A stretch of 63,444 bases of DNA, the filler included, from Sluysia triapertura (Eukaryota): the NCBI GenBank assembly GCA_046118255.1. It is 5 parts of 5 records of this genome, joined end to end, with 100 filler letters (N's around TTAATTAATTAA, not from the genome) between each part and the next. Parts side by side here need not be neighbours in the genome. Positions count along the whole stretch, not along the records: positions 39,953 to 52,136 come from JBJNIA010131293.1; positions 52,237 to 63,444 come from JBJNIA010187335.1; 3 more parts are not named here. One strand, 5' to 3'. The position numbers and the translations under genes are program-made. Position 1 is the stretch's first letter. Every line of letters starts with the position of its first letter. Positions 49,451 through 63,444 of this stretch are shown here, piece after piece. The notes under the pieces were generated by a model. The model saw only the letters and a program-made list of their open reading frames with translations. It was not told the DNA's origin and did no database searches.

Positions 49451-52136
49451 AGTACATAGGTTTTTATTTTTCACTGGCCTTGTACGGTCTAGTTTTGACA
49501 ATTATTTTATAGATTATAAATAAAAGTAAGTTTTTGTATAAAGATAAAAAATAAGAGAACTAAAATGCTTGCAAGAAAACTAATAATGATTATAATTGTG
49601 ATAGAAATTTTAAATAACCCTCAATGGATTAATTCCCTTGGCGTGATATGTGAATTTTAGATTTAAGTTTCTCTAGCCGGTTACGGTCTAGATAAAAAGA
49701 TTTAAAGTTAATATATATTATATTTTCCCTATTACTGTAAAACTAAAAAACCCTATTAACAAAAGAATTACTTGTTGACTAAGGCAAAAAGTGATGTCTT
49801 CAAAAATTTTTTCTTAATTGTGTTTTTTCTACTAAAAATTCATAAATTTATACTAAATTTATTCTCTATCTTACTTTTTTAATTAATCTTTTGATTTGAT
49901 AAAACATAAATTTATTTTTTAAAACTAAAAATTAAAAATTCTAATTAAAGATTAAAAAAACCCAAAGCATATTTTTGAATCCTTAAGACGAGTAAAACTT
50001 TATACATAATTAAAAAATTACTTGAGATAACAAATACGAATTAAGTAAAAAAACCAATATTCGATTAGTGTTTTTGAGTAAAATAAAATTTGAACCCTGA
50101 ACAGTAAGTAGTCTCATTAGTTAAAATCCTATTGAAGTAATTATCAGGATTAAGGGTTCATTTAAAGAGCAAAACAAATTTAAGTACGAATTCAAAAAAA
50201 TACCTTCGTGATTGGAAAGGTTCGATTTTAATTTTATTTGTGGTTCCTACGAGTACATCACTTCAAGTTTAAACCGTATATCGTAGGCGGGCCAGTATTA
50301 GTTATAAAAATTTGCATAAGTAAATAAGAAGAAATCGTGGCAATGTAATAATTTAAGATCACGTTAGATTTATTTGAATAAGTTTTATATAATCTTAAGC
50401 GGTATTAAAATTCACTATAAAATTTTACTATATTTTTAAATGACTATTTTAAATAGGTGTACAAACTAAGCTTTTTAAAATTTTAGAAATTTTTCAATTA
50501 GGGTTTGAGTAACTTTAATATTGTAAAATCCCTATTGCAAGTGTTTTCTTTAAAAACTATCTTACAAAATGTCTGTAAGTCTGTTCGCCTAATAAGTATG
50601 GCTTAAATCTGTAAAGATGGCATCCTATTAGGATTTTAAATTTGGTCACGCAGTAGTTTAGAAGTTAGACTTACTAAGTCAGGCGAGCGCGAAAGTTATA
50701 CGAAGTAATTAATCTACTAATTTAAATGTGCTAGTATTGTATTTTAGGCTAACCTTATTACGGTCTAGCAAATTATCAAAAATTTAGATTTGAAGTTAGC
50801 CTTTTACGGTCTAACAAAAATGAATTATTTTAAATGTTAAGGTAGTCTTTTTATGGTCTAGCAAAAAATTGTGTAATTTTTAAATTTTATATCAATAACA
50901 CAGTACTATATTTTCTACAAACAACGAAAGATTTAAATATAATATAAAAACGATTATACAAGGTATCAATTATAATAACAATAATGATTTTACCACTTAA
51001 ATTGCTTTAATTAGATAAATAAATAAATCACTAAAATAAATAAAATACCATAAATATCGTATTAAATACGTAAATGACAATGTTTTATTATAATATTTTA
51101 AATGTATAAATTGTATTGTATTTAATCAGTAAATGACACATGTTTGTGATATTGTTAGTGATATTAGTTTTGTGATTTCGTGAACCCAACACTTGTCAAT
51201 TTAAGACAATGAAATACTCGTTTCGTTGCATGTCACCACGCTGTGGATTTTCGAGACAAGCTTACATTATTCACTTGGCTTTTATCCCTACAGCTGACAA
51301 TTCCATTCCGAAGTCAAGATCTATCCTTATTGTAGAAGTAAGAACTTTCTTCATGATATGAGTGGATTAGGCGATTACAATCTGAAAAACGCGAAGTACA
51401 CAATGATATTAGTCACTAGTTTCTAAGCCATTACAAGATTCTGAACCCTAGTCATTGAAAATTTCTTTTGGCTGGCTGAAAAGTATAATAAACCTGAATA
51501 ATCATAATATGATTTCCTTCCATTCTGATGTTTTGGTCCGTTCTCGGTAAATCTTTAAGCTCATATATCTTGCATTGCCACGTTACGGCTATATAATTAT
51601 GGCTAATGCATTTCTTTATTGGATTTCGTTAGGGAGAAGTATCCTACTTTTCTGCCTTCTACTAGTAATCCTGCAGTTTCGACATCACCAACCACCGAGG
51701 ACATACTTCGTTCCAAGTTATGCACTACATTATCACTGTGCCGCCGAAAGTGATCATATTACACAGTTACATCTTGCTTGACACGAACTAAACCGTCTTT
51801 ATAAAGTCATAGGAATTATGTCTTTAAGAATTTGAACTCATTTCACTATTTTATATTCCAAAAATGTAAATGAACTCTTAATTTTGTAAGACTCGGATCA
51901 TAGACGAACTCTTAATTATCAAAACAGTTGTGATCATTATGTTTTCATTAGGAAAACACATCAGTATAAATTAAGATTTTGATATTGTTAATATGCTGCG
52001 TCTTTGAAAATTATTAGCTATGATAACTCAATATTATTTTAATTAGCTTAAAAGAATCTCAATAATTTAAGTAGTCACTATATTAAGTATAAATTTTCAG
52101 TAATTCTCTTACTTTGATAATAATAATTATTCATCC

Positions 52137-52236
52137 NNNNNNNNNNNNNNNNNNNNNNNNNNNNNNNNNNNNNNNNNNNNTTAATTAATTAANNNNNNNN
52201 NNNNNNNNNNNNNNNNNNNNNNNNNNNNNNNNNNNN
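52137..52236. other. Artificial contig linker
   Basis: N-run with TTAATTAATTAA. Confidence 0.98.
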
Positions 52237-52407
52237 TTATTGTTGTTCCTTCACAGTACAACATTTGTCTTATTCCTTTTTATCTCATGTATATGTATAG
52301 AGAAAGAAATGATTATAAAGAAAAAGATCTTGTACAAGTTCTAATCATTTTTTATCTAATGCATTTTTTATTTAATAATAATAATGGCAATGCTATTGTT
52401 GTTACTA

Positions 52408-52414
52408 TTGTTAC

Positions 52415-52470
<56 letters not shown>
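52408..52470 (+). repeat. (ATT)n microsatellite
   Basis: Direct reading. Confidence 0.9.
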
Positions 52471-52471
<1 letters not shown>

Positions 52472-52874
52472 CATTGTTACTATTATTATTTTATCAAAAT
52501 AAAAATTATAATTCATGTCATGACAAATCTGGTTGCTGCCATTACCAGTGCTGACAGTCTATGTCACATTTACATTAGGCTGTCAGCCTTGATGATGGTC
52601 AGCCATCAGTTGTTTTTCGTCATACTAATTTACTTACCAAATATCACCCAATAAGAGTACAGCTCATTTGAAAATACTAAATACTAATCTCTCAATACTC
52701 TGATTGGGTAGATAAAAATAGTACTAATTAAAAATTTTTATGAGTCTCAATTCAAAAAATAATCAATAAAAATCAGTCAATTGAGAAATTGTAGACAGTA
52801 AAATTTTTCAGACGAAAATAAAAATATAGACAGAACATTAAAAATTCAATTATTCTTTTTACTGAAATGTTCAA

Positions 52875-53945
52875 ATGGATGAAGATTTTATTAAACCATG
52901 TATTAATATCGATGTAAGATTAATGCTGCTTTCAACACATGTCTTAACTGGCGTTTTATGTCATTCTAATCATTACATGATGATAATTGATACGAAACAA
53001 AAAGATAAAGAATTTTATTTGTCATTACGAGCTATGGATAGTGTAAAAATTGTTAACGATTTTACTGTTATGTTGAGAACCAAAGATTTCAAAGTGTACA
53101 GTTTGGATTTATTAAAGAAGTTATCTGAAGAATTAAACAATCTAATATTATTTTTAAATCAGGTTATTAACAGCGATAAGGTACATGATTTGTATCCATT
53201 TGTGTTCAACCCAACTTTCAAGATTAATATAAATTGTGGGAATCTATTTCAACTAAAACATGTATTCTTAAAATCCATAATATCAAGAAAGTGGGCTCAC
53301 GTTTCAAATTCGTTATGGTCTAGTAATTACAATTATGGTAAATATGTTATGGTTCCGTTTGTTGCTAGTCATGAAACTATTGTTGTATCATCCAGAACGC
53401 ATGTTAGTAATCGTTTTTCAGTTTTAGCACATTATCATGAAATAAATGGGTCTAGTTTAGTGCGATGTAGTCAATATTCAAATGTGACATTAAAAATGAT
53501 TTCCGTTGATCCGATAATTAAATTATCGCAACATCAATATGAATTTATGGATTTAAGAATAAAATCAGCTTTAATTAAAACTCAAACATTAGAAGGTAGA
53601 CTACTCAAGAATAATGGTTTTGTACTCAATAAAGTGGGAAATATGCTGACAGATCTTCGCAAATTAGTCGAAACTGAACATGATAACCACTACAGTAATG
53701 TAGCCAATCAGAATATAAGTCGATATTTATTACGAGTAGTTTCCAGTGATTTGTTCGATCGAATACTAAACTTATTTCGAGTTAGTCAAGTTTTGGTCCA
53801 ATCGATTTTGAGTTATCCCGGTATGACTTACGTATTGATAAGTGAAACAGGACAGGATTAGGAACTGAATATATCAAGTATTGTACAATTAATTTTACTA
53901 CCAAAGACTACAACTATACAAGGAAGTCATTGCCCAAAGACACAG
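52875..53945 (+). CDS. Myotubularin-related (catalytically dead type) protein or pseudogene with in-frame TAG
   Basis: LYPFVF, Y...VMVP, NRFSVLAHYHEINGSSLVRCSQ, VLISETGQD*ELNISSIVQLILLPKTTTIQG; no HCX5R. Confidence 0.65.
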
Positions 53946-54889
53946 GTATGCAATTTTTATGAACTTTTAGTTAACATCAATTCACTAATCAAGAAAACTA
54001 CTGGATCGTGAAATGGCGGCGAGTCAAGTATAATGGTCGTTGTGGTGCAGTTACTCTTGTTTCTCAAATTCATCAAAATTGGCAAATTAAAAATCATATT
54101 CACATTTTTATTTGTAATAGGATCTTAATTTTAGTTTATCATTTTTTATTAAAACTTTAATCAATGGTATAAAAACTAATTACATAAAAGATAATTTCAA
54201 ATGTAGGTTAAGATACACCATTATTTGAATAATGCTAAAATTTATTACAAGATTTGCAAGAGTATTAAAAATGTAACAACAATAAAAATAAATAAAGCGA
54301 TAGATATATTCGGTGACCAAACACTAAACTTTGGATCAGGTATTTGTTTGATCTTTCTTAATAAAAATAATAATACGTCCTCAAATCCAGCTTATACTTT
54401 AAAGACAAGTATCAAGTTTAGAAATTCAGTTGTAAAATTTCTTTCAAAATATTATCTAACACTCGCAACAACAACATCCACACCCATAACTTAAAGGTCA
54501 ACAAGCTCTTAAGATTTAGAAGTTCTTCAACGCTTCAAAACGTTCTTCTGAACAATCTCGAGCTTTCGAAGTATCTTCAATTACAAAAATGACTGTATCC
54601 ATCTTCATCATTCTCACTTCATCATATCTTGCCATCATTTTATGCGAATTTCTCATCTATCTTTTATTCCACTTCTTCCCTATTCATTTTTTGTTCCACA
54701 GTTGAGCAATCCCAACACTCCTCCTCCTCCTCCTACTACTACTATTATAATTGTATTTTTATAATCTTTATTATTCACAACATATAATAGTCCACTTTCA
54801 TCTTCATAAATGTTTAATGCTCCTAAGTTTATAGAACGTTGATTTAATTTAATCTTCATTTTATAATTTAACTTTAAAAAAATCAAACT

Positions 54890-57800
54890 TCATTTGTTCA
54901 GTAATTCTTTTATTTGCGCTTTGTCCATCTTCGTCATATCAGAAAAGTCTCCAAACTTCTCTTTCAGCCGAATTCTTTCCCGCTTTAATTCAGAAGTTTC
55001 ATACTTTATTGCTTGAGCCTGGAATTACGACATATTTCCGCTTTCAAGAATGTAATAATTAAAATAAAATCGTTGCTATTAACGACTATAACAATAATAA
55101 ACGAAATAAAAGTTCAAATGCATAAATTCAGATGCTTTACGCTGAATGAACTGTAACACCATAAGGTCGAAAAATACATACAATTTTGTTAAAATAGAAA
55201 TGAAAACAGGCAATCACAAACTAATACAAACCAACACACAACTACAAAATGAATGTACGTGATTGTATAAATGAAATCGACCATTTAACTATAAAAAGTT
55301 ATAAAATTATTGCAGAAAAACCACACGAAACAATATCTTTAAAATGTAGATATTATAATAGTGGTGGCCGACATGCCAAGTTCATTTTTAATATTATTTG
55401 GTTTAACTTTCAATTTGAGTGAAAGTCATTTTCAGTTTCATTAATTACATTATTACTTGAGTATAATAAATTATTAACGATTTTGTTTAAATATTACTAA
55501 TTAAATTAAACAAACATCCCGATTTCTTAGTAGTTACGATAAATTGCGCATTATTTCCTTAGCTGAAGCACACAATAATCAAGCAGCGATCCGAAAGTAC
55601 ATAATCAAAGAAGGCTGTATAAAAAATACAAACTACAGAACGCGTTACGCACTAAGATAGATAGAGTTAATTTTTCTACATCAGTTTTCTTTCAATTTAT
55701 TCTGAAAACTTTAAACAGACAAAATAGATACTCAAAATCTTCTAAATAATCTCTAGTTTCGCTAGAGACAATTCTATTATTAAAATGAAATAAAATGTGC
55801 AGAACATTGTTTTCTAATTATTTAGAAATTTTGTTTTGATTTTTTATAGCCATTACTTAGTTATTTTGTATAATAAACTTTGGAGTCTTTGGATTCTTGT
55901 CTTGTATTGATACAATGAAAATAAAAGACAAAGATAATAAATCGCAAAATTAAATTAAAGAATTTTAATGCAAAAGGCAGTCTAAAGAATAAAAGAAAAA
56001 GAGAATTGGTAAATTTAAGTAAATATTATATTAATTTTAACGAAAATATTTTGTTAAACAGTAATATAATGTTGAATTCTAAGGTAAGGATATAATTTAA
56101 TAAAATTAATGGTGTTTAATCAAAAATAGTTGACCGTTAAAGTAATGTAGAGTAGTTGTAATAATTAAAGTAAAGCCACTAAAATAATAATAATTCATGA
56201 TAGTTACCTAAGTGGCATTGCATTAACAAGAAAATAAACCAAGTCGTAAAGAAATTAAACACCTTCATTAAATACAATGAATCATACGAGAAGGTCGTGT
56301 TAAGCATCAATCGTTCGTAATATAATTCGCAAAATCGTTGAAAACACTAATGAATGTATCAAAGCGAGTAAGGAACATTATGACTCCTTAAAATTAATTA
56401 TAAAACATCTTAAAATCAAATATTAATTTTTAAAATTACTTAAAAAACAATTATTTTCCAAAAAAGAAAATAGGCTTCTAAAAATAGATTAGACGCTTCT
56501 AGAATGTTCTAAAATATTTTAGAACATTCCACCAATTTTCATTGGATGATGACTAGTATATAAACTAGCATCTTACAATCACAGTTATTTGGAAATTTCA
56601 TTCAAGATAATTGTGAAATTAGTAAGCGTCATAATGACAAGTTTTCCAGCAATCACTTGCGAAATTTCCATCAAATTTTGATAAATTATATATTTATTAA
56701 GTTAGATTTTAACTTTTGAAGTTAAAATCGTAAAATCGACTTAAATTTCACATTAATTTATAAAATTTTTTAAGTCCCCGATATATTTAGTGTTAAAAAC
56801 TACTTAAATTTCATTAGAATCAGATTAAACGCCCTTGGAGCTTTAATCTTTAAAATTGATTATCTCACCTTATTCTCATAATCTACTATTCTAAGTTTTT
56901 TAGCATTTTTGTATATTTTTTAATAAACGAATTAGAGTTTTTGAATTAAAAATTAAATTATTTAGTAGTTGTAAGACTCTCCTCATTTAGTTTATTAGAC
57001 AGAGACGTTACTTTTTAAGTGACCTTTAACTTATCTGTTACAGGAGTGCCAACGATACGTTGTAAGACGCTTACTGTAACCGAACCCTGCTCAAAAATAT
57101 TTTGCCGTAGGTTAAGTGTTAGAAAAACCACAGCAATTATAAATAGTTTATCAATAAATCACTCAGGACTCGAATCATATTTGCCACTAACATAATGATT
57201 CGTTCCATAATACATTTCACTCTCATTGTGTATTTCATTAAATTTCCGTTTGCATGAAGGCCAATCTACACATTATACTTGAAGAGCAAGTGCTATACAA
57301 TTTGTTATTTTGTTTTGATTATTTCGCTGGTTATCTTTTATTAAAATAAGCTGAAGATGATCTTTACGAAATTAATTGAATTTCCGTTGGGAAATATAAA
57401 ACCACAGAAAGTTTGCAATCCCAGTATATTTTTCAACACTGTTCATTTAAAAAACGAGCTATAAATTTTAAATTCAATAACATTTCAGTATCAAGTACAA
57501 CTATGTATTTCTGCTCCTATTTATTTAAACATATTTAAATCGCCAATCTTACTAAAATAACCATATTCCTCGTTTTACACGGTTTTTTTCTTTAAATGAA
57601 CTGTCTATGAGCAAAATGAACGAATTTTCAATATTTCATTTTAAATTCTTTCGAACTTTTAAAAGCGAAAACTTGTACCGTGTAAAACGAGGGAAAGGTG
57701 TAAATATAACGTTAATACTCATTTAGATAACAATTTAGGCACGTTAATGAAATCGACACAACGTACGGTTAATTCTTATGGAAGAGAAGTTGTGTTTAAT

Positions 57801-60800
57801 TGATTTAATGTTTACTTTAAATTTATATATTAAACATTTTAAACAATAAACATTACTAGGATTACGCCTAATTTCCCATATCTAATCTGAGCAATTATTT
57901 AAAAGCTACATAAACTATCGCAATTTTGCTAACAATTCATTCATAAATAAACTGTTGAGAGGCACTTTTCGTGTTGTAGGAAAGCTGCTCCAACGTTATA
58001 GTGGAAAACACTGCGATTGAAACTTTAAATCAAATAATTTATTAAACTTTTTAAAATTTTCTTACTCAGGCTGTTAATGCGCGTACAAGCAGCTTTTGAT
58101 TTGTAACTCCTGGATTTCAGTATTGTTTTGTTTAATTGATTTTCACTGTTGGGTGCAATGGTTTGTATTTGATTTTGTGATTGTTACTCATTTAAATTAG
58201 ACACAACAAAATGATCAAAATCTAATCTCAACATTAACAATCCATTCATTAATGTCGATAACTAAATAAACATATCATTTGTATGATATTATATGAATGG
58301 TAGCTTAGATGTAAATTTGTGAATAGTACATATTACAAATAATGTGTAACATAAAGACATACTTTAAATTTAATGGCGCTTTTATGACTTAAATTTAATG
58401 TACCTCAACAGACTAGCACGGCGTTTAGTCTGAAATACATTTATATAGGTCAATATTTAAAACAATTTTCTAATCACATGTAATGTTTCGTAGGAAAGGA
58501 AGGGTTTGAGGTAAAACTGTGTTGTGTAATAGTGAGTAGTAAGTGTCAAAAATCACAGTTCTTTTTCAAATAAAACCGTCATTCGATGTGCCCCATAAGA
58601 CATACATACTAAATTAATTTCTAATGTCGCCATGAAATTCATAAGAAACAGAAAAAATCCTTCAGTATTTGTTTTATTTAAGTAGAATTAACATCGAACA
58701 TATAATTTAACAAGTGGCACATACGCTTGAAAAACACCAGATAATTGTTTGCTAATTAGATTACTAATTTAAAATTGTTAATCGAATAGAATCAATTATT
58801 TGACGATTTACTAATCATTATTTATTAGCATTTTTTATTTTAAATATTTTCTTTTCATTGATTACGTTATTAATATATATAATTTAGTTATTAAATTAAT
58901 TTCTAAAAATTATTGATATCCTTGCCAATAGATCATATATAAATTAAATAGGTTTAACTTTAGAAAAATTTGTCGCTGATAATATTGTTCCGATGTTTAT
59001 AAATCGGATTCGTAAAAATCGTAATTATTTAAGGATCCTTTTTAAATGTGATCTATTGTAAAATCAGTTGCATTTCCCCAGGTGAAATAAAAATATGTTT
59101 TAGAGTATACTTTTATTTTTTAAATCCAATTTACAAAGATGCGGGCATACACCCATACATTTTAACTGCAAGTACTGACTCAAAATTTTTCAAAATTAAA
59201 ATTTTCAAAAATTAATTTGTTAATCTAAGTTACACAGGAATTGAAGGCTGCTTATAAATTTGCCTCTTAAAATTGTGCTTTAATTCATACTTAGTCTGAA
59301 AATATGTATTATTTCATTATTCTAACTTTCATACGCTAAAACTTTAATGTTTGTTTTTAATCTCAATTTTTTATTTTTAGTTTTACTCTGCTTATTTTAG
59401 ATTTAAAAGCCGTCTTAAGGCCTGGCGAAACGGAAGTAACACAATTTAAGCAGCCAATTAATATGGTAAAGAATGAACACAATTTAAATATCTTAAATTT
59501 GGCCTTTCAAAGTTCCAATTTCTTCAGTTGCACGTGATTCCCGTCGTACAAGCTCTACATATATATAAATAAATTATTTCTGTATTTTAAAATAATTAAA
59601 CAAGTAAATATTAAATGTCGGTTATTTAAACGTAAAATGATTCTACCGTCTGTGTGTTGACTCTTGTTTCATGATTTACAAACTCTTCCTTCGACAGACA
59701 GACCCTAAATTGAGAATAATTTATAAATTGGCAGTGGATACGCCTATCCATTCTATTATAGAAACAGAAAATGCAAGGATTATTTATTTTGAACTAGTAA
59801 AAAAATACTCCAGAAAATTATGGATAAAATAAATGTTCAAAATAAGTGACCTTGAAAGTTCAGTAGTAGTTAAAAATGCCTCAATTTTATTTATAATTTT
59901 GAATTTGGATAAATTTATGAAATGCTGCGAATGATTTTATGCATATTGAATAGTTTAACTCAACAATGTCTCTTAAAAAAGGAAAAATAAGATAAGATTT
60001 ATAAAACTTAATGAAGTTATTTCAACTGAAATTCGTTTATCAATAATTCTATAACAATTTTACTGAAAAGTGAAATTATTGGATCACCATAACAAATTAC
60101 TGATACTTATTTTTGTAAACAAGCAAATTATATATAATATTATTTTGAGTCACATATTAAACATAAAATTTTTGAATTCATTACACTTCATAAAAAGGAT
60201 TGATCGGGAAACGAACCAGGGCCCTCTCGCTGCGCAGTTTTTTCATTGGTACTTTAGGTCGGTATTCCAACGATAAATAGATACATAATTGAACTGAACG
60301 ACCATGTTAGTTATTTACATACTTCATTTATTACAAAGTTTCTCCTTGTCACTATTTAAATAAAAGTATAAATTTAATTTGTAAATGAAAAGTTCGGAAA
60401 TAGTATATGAAGTGTTAATTAATTAAGCACTTCCACCTCGAACAGCAAAACGAGACTCAAACTAAAAAGATATTAAATAAACTAGGGTTATCATATTAGA
60501 AACCGAATATAAAACAGTAATTAAAGGTGAGAGCTCATTAAATTAATAATTATAATTTCTAATTTAATGAATTATAAAAAATTCAAGACTAAAGTTGAAT
60601 TAACGCGTGACACTCACTAAATGCATAAACGTACTACTAAAATTATTTAAAAAGTAACGCATCTAAGTTTTAAAATTTTATATTTTACATGAATGTAGAT
60701 CGATACTTACCAAAAATAATTATAAATAAAACATTTTATTACCTTAAACCCTTCATTTGGACATGCAAGCATTCTCACTTTTTCCACAGCTCGTAGAACA

Positions 60801-61383
60801 TCGTAGAACTTCATATCACAAACCGTCATTATATACACAACGGCAAGAGTGACACTCCTAGACACACCCATTTGACTAAATATAATTTAAAATAGTACTT
60901 AAAATTATATGAATTATTTCAAGATTAATTATTCTGTTTTGATAGACTTTATTTCGTTACTTTTAACTACAAAAAATTATTTCTTACTATTGTAACATCT
61001 ATCAAAATAAATTTAATAATTACTTAAAAATTACCTCATTAAACACTGATGATTCATACTTAAATAGCAGGAACTAACCAATGAACCAAAACATTACCAC
61101 CGTTTAATCTTCCTTCGTGAATAAATTCATTACTTTCACTAAAATATTGCTGAATATTTTCCGATGGTAAATCATCAATTTTGATTTTTAAGTAATTTCG
61201 TTTCTTCTTGTGATTCTTTAGCATTAAAATCATCAATAAACATATAAAAATGATTACATTAAATGGATTTGAATACATTTCATGAGCTGATACTATATGA
61301 GTTATATTTTCAGAATCTAAAAAATTTTCTGTAGATGCGTCTTTCCAACCACCAATATAAATTCCATCAATGATCTTTGACAT
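54890..61383 (-). CDS. Dual-specificity phosphatase, DUSP22/DUSP15-like, 4 exons
   Basis: Exons 61383-61258, 61215-61079, 60875-60743, 55018-54890: MSKIIDGIYIGGWKDA...VLVHCQMGVSRSVTL...PNEGFK|AQAIKYETSELKRERIRLKEKF*; HCX5R intact. Confidence 0.85.
57558..57702. mobile_element. Tc1/pogo-type MITE
   Basis: Inverted repeat tcctcgttttacacggt (57567-57583) / accgtgtaaaacgaggga (57677-57694). Confidence 0.7.
60185..60272 (-). mobile_element. TGTTG element, copy D (degenerate), 3' half of tRNA-Ala
   Basis: Minus strand cgttggaataccgacctaaagtaccaa...cgcagcgagagggccctggttcgtttcccgatcaatcctttttatgaagt. Confidence 0.65.
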
Positions 61384-63444
61384 TATTTAATAATTAATTA
61401 AAATGTTTATTCATTTAATAAGAATAACAATAATAAAATGTGCACATAAATAAAAAAATTATTTACGACTAACATTTTAAAACATCTATATATAAAAAAA
61501 GAAATGAAAATATTCTAGCATTATTAAATAAAAAGATTAAAACAATTAGACGAAATGCATTCGTATCAATATCAATTTGGGAATTTGAGAATATGCATTA
61601 AATGTTTGATCATGATTTGGTGATTTAAAATGTGATTATTATTTAATGGTGTACATAAGTGCTCTGCTTATTGTATTTTATACTTCAGATATATGACAAA
61701 AAAATTGCGTCTTCGTTTCAATTAAGATTATGGGGTTTCGTGTGTTGCCGTGATTTGTGGAGTAAAACTCCTGATAACAACTTAAGAATGATATATGTTT
61801 GGAGGGCGTATGCATACTTAAATTTAATACTGGCTTGACAAGTCTAATTTTGTTTAAGAATTTAATAAAAGTTTCTTTATGATTATTTAGAAGGAGTTTT
61901 AAAGGATGGTCTATTACACCGTAATTAATTCCTGTCATAACATTAGTAAGTTGGCTCACGTATATAGCTTTATTATACTTCTACCTTCTTTGCTTATAGT
62001 TTTTACTAAGTTCAAACTTATTTATCTTATAAATTTTACATAAATTCCGAGTCTGAGTGCTTTTAGCTATTAGTCTATTTATTTTCAGTCTTAAATTATC
62101 AACAGCTCTATCGTTATTAGATTTATGATTACGTACTTCAACATAAGACAAAAAGTTTATTTTACATTTGAAAAGATAAATTGAAAATATACAATTATTA
62201 ATACAAAATTTTATTAAATCAACGAGTTTTATAAATTTAACAATTAATTTGTTTGGCATCAAAGTCAATATCGTCCTACCAACTTATTTTACTGAAACCC
62301 GTTTTTCCGCCAATCTTCTTGTTGCGTTCCATTCATCCGGCTAAATTATTTGATGACTAAATCAAAATTCAAAAAAAAACAAAAAAATAATACTTACAAA
62401 ATTACGTTTACATTAATGATGTCGTTCTCTCTGAAACTCATAGGCTCCTGCTTGACAAGTATATTCATTGTATTACCTTCACCAAGTTTTTCTACATCTA
62501 GCAAATATATTCCACACTCTAATTCCACTTTATGATCACCTTAACTTATTGATAAAGATTTGTTTTCTCTGATAATATTGCTTTTTGATGATTAATGTAT
62601 AGATTTTCGACAAAAATATCGTCGAGTATCAAATTACACACTTCAGAAAAGATTAACTTGCTATGCACATCTTTCGCTTCTTTTTTAGCGTTTAATTTTG
62701 GGATCGGAATAAATAACTTTACGTATTCATAGCCTTCTGATAGATTATTGTCAGAAATGTTGTAATTCACATCATGATGCAGTTCATATTTAACAAAACG
62801 ATTTTCGAAATTTTGTTTTGGGTCATCATTTACACTTTCATAGGTTGTATTGTTATTGTTATTGTCATTACTGCTAATTTTATTGTCGTCATCAAGAACA
62901 ATCAACCTTGATATAGTCTAGAACCAGTAAAACATGTTGCTCATTACTTAAAATAATTTCCTTGTGATTGTTAAATGGAACTTTATCTTTCTCGAAAAAT
63001 TTTAATTGTTTTGATGGTGATAATCAACTGAGAATAAACTCTAGAACGATGAGAAATGTCTATTGATGCAAATTCATTTTTTACATTAATGTTAGTAACG
63101 ACTTGATTAAAAGAATCAGTAGATATACATGGATTATTTCGAATATGAAAGGTAAAATTCGCATTATATTCTGAGGAACATAGTTCGCAATCAAATTCAC
63201 ATAATTTTTATCTCTATCTATATTACAGGAATAATGATGATACGGTAATCTAGTAATGTAGTTGTTTGGCGATGATTTACTAATGATTAATTCTGTGTTT
63301 CTATAACATTTATTTTTTGGAACTTTTCGAAAAGCTTTATATCCATTATCATTGATACAACCTTCAAAAACTACACAAAATGAAACGCTGATAACACTTT
63401 TTAATTCATGTGCTGAAATAGCTACTTTCTCATTATCTGGAATA

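Noticed and set aside
50745-50865. CRISPR-like repeat-spacer pattern
   Set aside because: Only three degenerate units with related spacers, eukaryotic context, no cas genes.
52287-52502. Poly-Ile ORF
   Set aside because: Product of the (ATT)n microsatellite.
53859-53861. Nuclear TAG stop-codon reassignment
   Set aside because: Single instance; the SCAPER, DUSP, thioredoxin and CDK-like exons contain no in-frame TAG.
62240-63444. Minus-strand coding-like region (119 aa ORF)
   Set aside because: Several stops and frame changes and no family motif recognised; cannot support a call.

Overview
The window is five unrelated contigs joined by artificial N-TTAATTAATTAA-N linkers: 1-14925, 15026-26772, 26873-39852, 39953-52136 and 52237-63444. 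Contig 1 is a near-complete, very AT-rich animal mitochondrial genome. All its genes are on the + strand and it uses the flatworm/echinoderm code (TGA=Trp, AGR=Ser, AAA=Asn, ATA=Ile), which is why the ORF track fragments its genes. Gene order: L2-atp6-Y-W-cox1-I-NC-nad4-T-nad1b-V-F-M-Q-nad2-rrnS-E-nad4L-P-A-cox3-G-R-rrnL-nad1a-L1-N-S1-cob-H-cox2-nad3-nad6-K-C-D-nad5-S2-control region. All 22 tRNAs can be folded, five of them without a D-arm. The main finding is that nad1 is split into two separate, tRNA-punctuated genes about 4.3 kb apart and in reversed order, similar to ciliate nad1_a/nad1_b. The control region holds an inferred ~300 bp inverted repeat that would close the circle, a duplicated nad5 3' end, and a candidate divergent atp8. 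The four nuclear contigs contain partial genes (CDK14-like, SCAPER, thioredoxin, DUSP22/15-like, a myotubularin-like ORF with an internal TAG) and many transposon relics. They also carry four copies of a TGTTG...CAACA element containing a tRNA-Ala Pol III cassette whose anticodon arm is deleted or replaced by ~200 nt of cargo. The source is probably a fast-evolving spiralian such as an orthonectid or flatworm; this is inference and was not verified.
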